This document shows, piece after piece, positions 13,748 to 20,000 of a stretch of 20,000 nucleotides of DNA (the first letter of the stretch is position 1; each line of letters opens with the position of its first letter). The stretch lies in IMG/VR virus record IMGVR_UViG_3300005611_000020; one strand, 5' to 3'. The notes beneath the pieces were generated by a model that saw nothing but the letters and a program-made list of their open reading frames with translations, did no database searches and was not told the DNA's origin. The stretch comes from an uncultured virus (IMG/VR IMGVR_UViG_3300005611_000020). Lineage: Duplodnaviria; Heunggongvirae; Uroviricota; Caudoviricetes. The translations under genes and the position numbers were made by a program.

Positions 13748-15091
13748 ATGGTGAAGCGAACGAAAAAATCTGGCGGAGCGGCAACAAAATCCTCAAAGGC
13801 TGACGCTGTCTACCCTGACATCACAGCAGAGATGCGGCATGAGGGTCGGGCTTTGAGTGTCGATGAAGTCAAGGAGCTTCTCGGGTGGACTGAGGAACCT
13901 GACGATGAGGATTGGGGCAAGGATTACCAACTGAAGGATCGTTACAACAAGAAAATCCGACTGAGCAACAATCCAATCAATCGACCGATCAAACATGCCA
14001 TCGCTGATCGGTATGCTTTGGAATTTCTTCGGCGTGTCTGGCAGTTCAATGGCCAGTCTGTCGTATTTTCTAAGCATGGCCGTCTCTTGGATGGTCAACA
14101 TCGTCTGGTCGGATTTGTTCTTGCTGAACAGGAGCGGCACATCAATCAGAATAAGTGGGGCGAAGAGCCTCTGAAAATGGAAGTGCTCTTGGCATTTGGT
14201 TTTGATGAGGATCAGAAAACTGCTGATTCTTATGATACTGGTCAGCCTCGATCGCTCGCTGATGTTGTTTATCGTCATCATAAATTTGACGGTAAAGAGC
14301 ATACGGAACTTGACTCTGTCAGTCGCCATCTGGCTACTGCTCTACGTCTGGTCTGGCTTCGGTCTGGTGGTCTGACTGTCAGTAGTGCTCCGAAATTTCC
14401 TCACTCTGAAGCAATGACATTTTATGAATCACATCCACTGATTCTCGACAGTATCAAATTCATTCTGGATGCTGACTTCGGAGATGGTGAGAAATCAGAG
14501 AAATTGCTCAAGCCATTTATTTCAATTCCATATGCAGCTGCTCTGCACTATCTGATGAGTGATGTCAATTCCCAGAAAGCAGATGATTTCTGGAATGACG
14601 TCGCTCGCGGTGAAGGATTGTCGAAAGACGATCCTGCTTATTCTCTTCGTAATTACCTCAACAAAGTTGAGGGTGGTAGTGGTAAGGGCAGAGACAAGAA
14701 AGTGACTGCTATCATCAAAGCGTGGCTGGCCTATGTTAATGAAGAGAAATTGACTGCTGCTCAGGTGAAGCCTAAGCAGAAAAAAGATGATGAAGGAAAA
14801 TTCAAGCTTGCTGAATTTCCTCGCATTGGTGGAATCGATGCTGAACCAGAAGCTCCAGAAGAACTGGAAAAACGCGAGCAACTGATTCTGTCAGCTCTGG
14901 CTGATTTCTCGGGTGAAGATGTCACCTATGAGAATTTGTCAGAGTCAACAGGACTAACCAAAGCAACCTGCAAACGTATATGCAATGAGGGCTTGCTTGA
15001 TTCTGGTTATGTGGCCACGCAGGTTGATGAAGAAACGGGAGAAACAGTCTCAGCAACTCCAAAAGGTATCAGTCAGGTTCGTTCTGCTTAA
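13748..15091 (+). CDS. DGQHR/ParB-superfamily protein with C-terminal winged-helix domain
   Basis: NRPI....ADRYA.....WQFNGQSVVF...GRLLDGQHRL and D.G.PRSLAD motifs; C-terminal EQLILSAL...VTYENLSESTGLTKATCKRI HTH. The likely start is ATG 13748 with a GGGAG RBS, because the track start at 13700 lies inside the terminator hairpin. Confidence 0.75.
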   Translation: MVKRTKKSGGAATKSSKADAVYPDITAEMRHEGRALSVDEVKELLGWTEEPDDEDWGKDYQLKDRYNKKIRLSNNPINRPIKHAIADRYALEFLRRVWQFNGQSVVFSKHGRLLDGQHRLVGFVLAEQERHINQNKWGEEPLKMEVLLAFGFDEDQKTADSYDTGQPRSLADVVYRHHKFDGKEHTELDSVSRHLATALRLVWLRSGGLTVSSAPKFPHSEAMTFYESHPLILDSIKFILDADFGDGEKSEKLLKPFISIPYAAALHYLMSDVNSQKADDFWNDVARGEGLSKDDPAYSLRNYLNKVEGGSGKGRDKKVTAIIKAWLAYVNEEKLTAAQVKPKQKKDDEGKFKLAEFPRIGGIDAEPEAPEELEKREQLILSALADFSGEDVTYENLSESTGLTKATCKRICNEGLLDSGYVATQVDEETGETVSATPKGISQVRSA

Positions 15092-15119
15092 TCACTGAAC
15101 AAACTTGATTCCACGTTAG

Positions 15120-15152
15120 AAGCCCCTCAGAACTCATCTGAGGGGCTTTTTT
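15120..15152 (+). terminator. Intrinsic terminator between convergent genes
   Basis: Perfect 12-bp stem AAGCCCCTCAGA / TCTGAGGGGCTT, 5-nt loop, followed by a T run. Confidence 0.9.
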
Positions 15153-15223
15153 CGTAGACATAGGATTTATCCTGTTTGGGATTCGAAGCTGTTAGATATC
15201 AAATTTGAGGCTCTGGAGATGCT

Positions 15224-15757
15224 TCAGGGATCAATGAATTCAACTGGAATGCCTAACTCGCGAGCAATGCCTCTTTCTGCTTTGACACCTTCTGACTCCT
15301 GCCAACCTTCCTGCCTCAGAATCAACATCTTATAACACTTAGAAAGCATCAATCTATCGAACTCCTGCCAGAAATCCCAGCATTTGGGTAGGTCGCCAGC
15401 CAACGCAATCGGATGCGTATGACTGATCGGGCTATAGACGTGTTCGCCAGCCAGCATCAGTGAGGCAGCAACCCGGTTCACAACCTCAAAACGTTCCTGC
15501 CTGATTGCCGGATCTTCGTGGCTGTAAGGTGTTGCCAAATAGATCAAACTTCTAATGTTTGATTTTCTAACACTAAGAACTAGGTCAGCAAGTCCCAAAC
15601 AAACATCATCAAAATCTTTTAACGTTACCTCACCAGTCTCCAACATTCCCAAAAAACAAACTAGAGTGTGTTTACTAGGGCATGTGTTTGAATCATTGGA
15701 TAAGTAAGACCTAATTAAGTCTTGAGATTTATTCACTATCAACATCCCTTTCAGCAA
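15224..15757 (-). CDS. DUF1937 / nucleoside 2-deoxyribosyltransferase-like protein with an extra N-terminal segment
   Basis: IYLATPYSH, VYSPISHTHPI, W...D..ML.KC, GWQESEGV.AE...A.ELGIPVEFI. The start is uncertain (15757, 15745 or GTG 15736). Confidence 0.75.
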   Translation of the reverse strand: MLKGMLIVNKSQDLIRSYLSNDSNTCPSKHTLVCFLGMLETGEVTLKDFDDVCLGLADLVLSVRKSNIRSLIYLATPYSHEDPAIRQERFEVVNRVAASLMLAGEHVYSPISHTHPIALAGDLPKCWDFWQEFDRLMLSKCYKMLILRQEGWQESEGVKAERGIARELGIPVEFIDP

Positions 15758-16805
15758 TGAACTTCAAATTCTTTGCAGCGATATTGTAGTAGGATTCTTT
15801 CAACTCAATTCCTACGAATCGTCTGCCTAATCGGAGTGACTCCCACCCCTCACTACCAATCCCCATAAATGGACTGAGCACTACATCACCGGGATTACTC
15901 CATAGCTGTAAGCAACGCTCAATTACTGGCAACTGTAGAGGGCAGATATGTTTTTCATCTTCTTCGTCTCTGGCATCAACATATCGGAGTGTGTCACCCT
16001 CTCGAATATCCATCCACACTGGAGACGCATATCTCTGCCATGTATCAATGGATAAATTCTGAGGCTCAAATTCATCAGTCCCGTTGTAGTAAAGAAATTC
16101 TCCCTCAATTGGCTCTGGATTATCGCCAGGCTTCCTGAAGGTGAGAAGGTAGTCGGGAATTCCCATTCTGGAGTGGGATGAGTCTTTTACCAATTGCTTG
16201 TGGAGTAAGCCTTTGGCATGAGTTCTTACCATCGCAACAACAGGATTCTTCCAGATACATACTTCGCTGTGAAATATGAATCCTGATGACTGGAACAATC
16301 GAATCAAATCCCCCCTGAAGTCCTTAATTCCAATGTAGCCATCACGTGACTTCAGGGAAGGGATATTCATACAATGAACACATACAAGACGACCTTTCAT
16401 CGTGATTCGAAAGAGTGTGTCTGAGATATATTTGAAGTGTTCCATGAACTCGACATCATCTCGACAGTTTCCCAAGTCTCTCTCTGTAGCTGTGTAGGTG
16501 TAGAGAGATGAGAAAGGCGGGGAGAAGATTGAGAGTCCTACAGAGTTATCCTTAAAAGAATTCAGGACTTCTACACTGTCTCCATTCATCACCAGATATT
16601 GATCATCATATTCTGGCTTTGATAAGAGCTTTGCACCTTCAATAACTGACTTCCAATCTGTTGTTCCTTCATACTTTGCAAGTCTCTTACGTGTAACACT
16701 TGACCTTTCTGGATGCTTTTTATCCTTTTGTTTCTTGGCAGGTGTTTTGGTGGACACCTTAGACACTTTTGAAATCTTTGTTTGACGCTTGACTTTTTTA
16801 GGCAT
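15729..16805 (-). CDS. DNA methyltransferase (N4-cytosine/N6-adenine, beta class)
   Basis: Catalytic FSPPF precedes HICPLQL and SAM-binding VLSPFMGIGS...GIELK. Likely start ATG 16805, with a Lys-rich N-terminal leader. Confidence 0.9.
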   Translation of the reverse strand: MPKKVKRQTKISKVSKVSTKTPAKKQKDKKHPERSSVTRKRLAKYEGTTDWKSVIEGAKLLSKPEYDDQYLVMNGDSVEVLNSFKDNSVGLSIFSPPFSSLYTYTATERDLGNCRDDVEFMEHFKYISDTLFRITMKGRLVCVHCMNIPSLKSRDGYIGIKDFRGDLIRLFQSSGFIFHSEVCIWKNPVVAMVRTHAKGLLHKQLVKDSSHSRMGIPDYLLTFRKPGDNPEPIEGEFLYYNGTDEFEPQNLSIDTWQRYASPVWMDIREGDTLRYVDARDEEDEKHICPLQLPVIERCLQLWSNPGDVVLSPFMGIGSEGWESLRLGRRFVGIELKESYYNIAAKNLKFIAERDVDSE

Positions 16806-16806
16806 T

Positions 16807-18192
16807 TCAAAATCCATATTGAGGGTCATAACTTACCTGGTTTGTTTCTACTCCGAACATCTCACTTCTGACTCTGTCAATCATGTATCCCACCATCGCA
16901 TCACACATCTCTTCAAGCTGATTCTGCTTTCTCATGACATTATCAACGATTGCCAGTTCCTTATCTGTCACAATGATATAGACATCAACAGGCTTTGTTT
17001 GGCCAAAGCGATAACATCTCCTAACTGCCTGATAGAATGCCTCAAAAGAGTGAGATAGTCCAAGGAACACCATCTTACAACAATGCTGCCAGTTCATCCC
17101 AAACCCTGCAATCTTTGGCTTTGTTATCAGCCTGTCAAATTCCTGTTTGGAGAATCCTCTCATTCTGGCCGCTTTGACATTAGGTGGTAAACTCCCGGTG
17201 ACTTCTACTGCATTAACTTCTAGAGATCCTTTTTCTGACTCATCATTCAAATCACACCATACAATCCAAGGTTCATCATCTGTAATGATGGATTTCATTT
17301 TCTCAATGCGAGAATCGACAGAAAGTTTTCGGATCCTTCTTTGTGCTGTTAGTGTCTTTGCCTCATCACCATCACTGGGAACAGTAACAACATGAATGTT
17401 CAATCCGGGAAGGTCATAACCATCATTTGAGTATCCTAAGTCTGAAGGCTTACGAATGACCAATGCCCAGGATGACATCCAATGCCAGAAATCCTGATGT
17501 GCATGTCCTTTTAGTCTCCATTTACTGGTATCACCTGAATCGTGGATGAAGTATGTAGACAGCATCTCAGTTCTACTCATCGCATTCAAAAACTCTGCCT
17601 GATTACCTAACTCCATATGATCATTCGGTGATGGTGTCGCTGAGCAAGCCAGTTTGTATTTTACCTTTTTGAAATTCTTGCAGAGAAGGTTTCGATACTT
17701 ACCATCAAATGACTTGAGTATTGATGCTTCATCCAGAGCTAACCCTGAAAAACACTTAGGGTTGAAGTAGTGAAGTCTTTCATAGTTTGTGATGTTGATT
17801 CCTTGACCAACATCCCTCATTGACTTGCAATCAAAGATAGGTGTCTGAATTTCAAATTTCTGATGCTCCTCAATAGTCTGTCTTTTTACAGCCAAGGGAG
17901 CACATAGCAACACAGGTTTCTGCGTGTGCTGCACAACCTGATGACACCACTCTAACTGCTGAAGAGTCTTACCCAAGCCAGTATCTTCAAAGAGTCCTGC
18001 TCGCCCTCTTCGACAAGCCCATCGAATACAGTGTTTCTGCCATTCAAAAGTATTGCTGTTAATATCATCCAATTGAATTTCAAACCCAGAAGATGAAACG
18101 ACAGACTTCTTTTTTCTCAGAAACTCAGCATAAGCTTTTCCTTGATCACTTGAAGATTCTTTTTCTGATCGTTTGGTCTTTACTCGTTTCAT
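16807..18192 (-). CDS. SNF2-like superfamily 2 helicase
   Basis: DTGLGKT, LDEASILK, SATPSPND, GFGMNWQ, QAVRRCYRFGQ. The likely start is ATG 18192, overlapping the polymerase TGA. Confidence 0.9.
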   Translation of the reverse strand: MKRVKTKRSEKESSSDQGKAYAEFLRKKKSVVSSSGFEIQLDDINSNTFEWQKHCIRWACRRGRAGLFEDTGLGKTLQQLEWCHQVVQHTQKPVLLCAPLAVKRQTIEEHQKFEIQTPIFDCKSMRDVGQGINITNYERLHYFNPKCFSGLALDEASILKSFDGKYRNLLCKNFKKVKYKLACSATPSPNDHMELGNQAEFLNAMSRTEMLSTYFIHDSGDTSKWRLKGHAHQDFWHWMSSWALVIRKPSDLGYSNDGYDLPGLNIHVVTVPSDGDEAKTLTAQRRIRKLSVDSRIEKMKSIITDDEPWIVWCDLNDESEKGSLEVNAVEVTGSLPPNVKAARMRGFSKQEFDRLITKPKIAGFGMNWQHCCKMVFLGLSHSFEAFYQAVRRCYRFGQTKPVDVYIIVTDKELAIVDNVMRKQNQLEEMCDAMVGYMIDRVRSEMFGVETNQVSYDPQYGF

Positions 18193-20000
18193 ACTGTTTG
18201 ATCCACCTGACTCCAATTGTTTCTATGAATGTCAACTCCACATGTGAGTTTGACGCCAATACATTCTCCCATTGACTCCATCAATCGTTTCACCTTTCGG
18301 AGTCGTGACTTCCACGGTCCATTCTCTGGAAACTCAAAAACGATTTCGTCATGCACATCCATAACAATTCGCCATCCCTTGAATTGTTTGATGTACTCCT
18401 GACATTTAATCATCGCTCGCATTTTTACCCAACAAGCGGTTCCTTGTACGTGGTAGTTTAGTGGCACTGTCGGAAGAACTTTTCCCCATTTGGATTTTTC
18501 ACATTGCAAAGGATAACCGTGATCAGGATCAATCTCTCTGTCTGGCAATGTCTCGACGTAGCCATGAGCATTAGCAAAATCGATGTACTTCTGATTGAGT
18601 TTACTTTTCTCTTGGAGCTTACCAGCAATGATTGACTGAGCACCTGGAACATGGAATGCCTTATCGGCTGTGCCTAATCCATCTGGTCTGTCAACTGCTC
18701 CATAGAGTTCGGCGAAGTTACCATTTTTGGTCCACTGGTAGAGACTGGATTTATATTCTTTTCTGAATAGTTCTCCAGCTCCGTCTGGGCCTGCTGATTT
18801 GATACATGATTTCCACTCAACCACATGGAGAATAGAAGCAATAAGGAGATGGTAAGAGCCAAAGAAAGGAGATTTTTCTGGATACTCAAAAAGCTCCAGC
18901 ATCGCAGGTTCTCTGGATTCATAGGCAGGGATTCGCAACTCAAGGTTGTCGTAGTCAATAGAAGCCCAAAGATAATCACGAGGAGGACCAAAAATGTATC
19001 TAAGGGAATGCTCATGGACTTGGGCCTGTTTGCTGATTTGTTGTTGGTTAGGATTCTGACTTGAGGTACGAAGTGTTTTTGTGCCTGTCAAATTCAATGA
19101 TGAATGCAAGACAACAGTATATTCCTCTTCCGTTGGTAGCATGAACTTCGCATATGAGTCCATGTAACCAAGAGCAGTTCCCAGCTTGCTTCTGATGTCA
19201 AGAGCCTGAATGAATCTTTGTCTTACTCCTGTCTCTGTCAGGATGTAATGCTGCTTTGATTCTTTATCTAGTGAAGCATTTCCGCTCTTTGTTTTCTTCA
19301 CCACTGGCAATGCCAGATTTCCTGGGGAGAAGCAGAAGTCTCGCAGTGAATTGTTCAGTCCTGATTTTGGGAGTTCCAGGTCATAATCAAGAGCCTCTGC
19401 AATGTTGAGGCAGCGTTGAGATTGCCGATTGAATTTCTCTGTGTATTCACTTCGCAATTCTGTAAATCGACTTTTGCTGGCTGTCAGTCCTGACACTTCC
19501 ATATCAAAGATAATGGGAAGAACTTTGAGCCTTTCATAGTAGAGTTGCTCAAGTCCCCGTTCTTTGATGATGTTCCAAAGAGATTTTCTCAAGTGGTATG
19601 TTGAGAACGTATCCGAGTTAGCGTATTCAGAGCAGAGAGTCCAATAAGGATGATCGTCAGAATAGCTTTCTTCTTGAGCCAATGCCCGAAGAATCCACAT
19701 ATCGTTCTTCCAAGGCTTGTCTTCTTTTCGATCAGAAGACTGCTTGAGTGAAGGCATGTCAGACAAACCTTCTTTTGCCAGTCTCCAGTCAGGGTATTGT
19801 TTCTTGCAATACGTTCTGGCTTTTTTGACGGCCTCTTCTACTCTGTCTTCAAATGGCTGTACGTTGATTCCAAGAAGGACCAACGTAAGCGTTGTCAGGT
19901 CTTTATTAGCTTTGGAGTCAACCAGATGAGCCATTAACAGAGTGTCATCAAGAGTTGACCAATTAAGAGGTACTCCAATTCGATCCATTCCGTGAGCATC
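18189..20000 (-). CDS. polA: Family A DNA polymerase, N-terminus beyond the right edge
   Basis: Exonuclease motifs DTLLMAHL and YANSD, then RTSSQNPNQQQI, motif A DYDNLELR, motif B K...F...YG, motif C VHDEIVFE. Confidence 0.92.
   Translation of the reverse strand, partial: DAHGMDRIGVPLNWSTLDDTLLMAHLVDSKANKDLTTLTLVLLGINVQPFEDRVEEAVKKARTYCKKQYPDWRLAKEGLSDMPSLKQSSDRKEDKPWKNDMWILRALAQEESYSDDHPYWTLCSEYANSDTFSTYHLRKSLWNIIKERGLEQLYYERLKVLPIIFDMEVSGLTASKSRFTELRSEYTEKFNRQSQRCLNIAEALDYDLELPKSGLNNSLRDFCFSPGNLALPVVKKTKSGNASLDKESKQHYILTETGVRQRFIQALDIRSKLGTALGYMDSYAKFMLPTEEEYTVVLHSSLNLTGTKTLRTSSQNPNQQQISKQAQVHEHSLRYIFGPPRDYLWASIDYDNLELRIPAYESREPAMLELFEYPEKSPFFGSYHLLIASILHVVEWKSCIKSAGPDGAGELFRKEYKSSLYQWTKNGNFAELYGAVDRPDGLGTADKAFHVPGAQSIIAGKLQEKSKLNQKYIDFANAHGYVETLPDREIDPDHGYPLQCEKSKWGKVLPTVPLNYHVQGTACWVKMRAMIKCQEYIKQFKGWRIVMDVHDEIVFEFPENGPWKSRLRKVKRLMESMGECIGVKLTCGVDIHRNNWSQVDQTV

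Noticed and set aside
13793..14881. Minus-strand ORFs of 178 aa and 119 aa antisense to the DGQHR protein
   Set aside because: No motifs; explained as codon-aligned shadows of a real gene.
15729..18192. Helicase plus methyltransferase as a restriction or defence system
   Set aside because: This pair is common in phage replication regions, and no nuclease or specificity subunit is present.
1..20000. CRISPR array, tRNA or rRNA genes, integrase or transposase, alternative genetic code
   Set aside because: No regular repeat-spacer pattern, cloverleaf or recombinase motifs were seen by eye. Genes are full length and tightly packed under the standard code.

Overview
A 20-kb piece of a tailed dsDNA phage or prophage genome. 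The host is probably a planctomycete, inferred from the RimI-like gene. Most genes are on the minus strand. Read right to left they are: family A DNA polymerase (runs off the right edge), SNF2-like helicase, N4/N6 DNA methyltransferase and a DUF1937-like protein. Next comes a plus-strand island (two small ORFs and a DGQHR/ParB-like wHTH protein) with its own promoter and terminators. The minus-strand run then resumes with ThyX, a MazG-like pyrophosphohydrolase, a C5-methyltransferase-like protein, a Zn-finger/TOPRIM primase, an AAA+ (MCM-like) ATPase, small and large terminase, portal, a RimI-like acetyltransferase, a MuF/SPP1-gp7 head morphogenesis protein, a stand-alone OmpR-type winged helix and small GC-richer ORFs. 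The standout feature is a 306-aa intein in MuF (1739..2656). It has no in-frame endonuclease. Instead it carries a complete HTH-HTH-Vsr/DUF559-like endonuclease gene on the opposite strand (1802..2653), codon-aligned, confined to the intein and preceded by a sigma70-like promoter embedded in the last intein codons. The second highlight is an integron attC-like site at 112..201 whose loop holds the RBS and start codon of an oppositely oriented gene. All family assignments come from motif recognition by eye; no searches were run.
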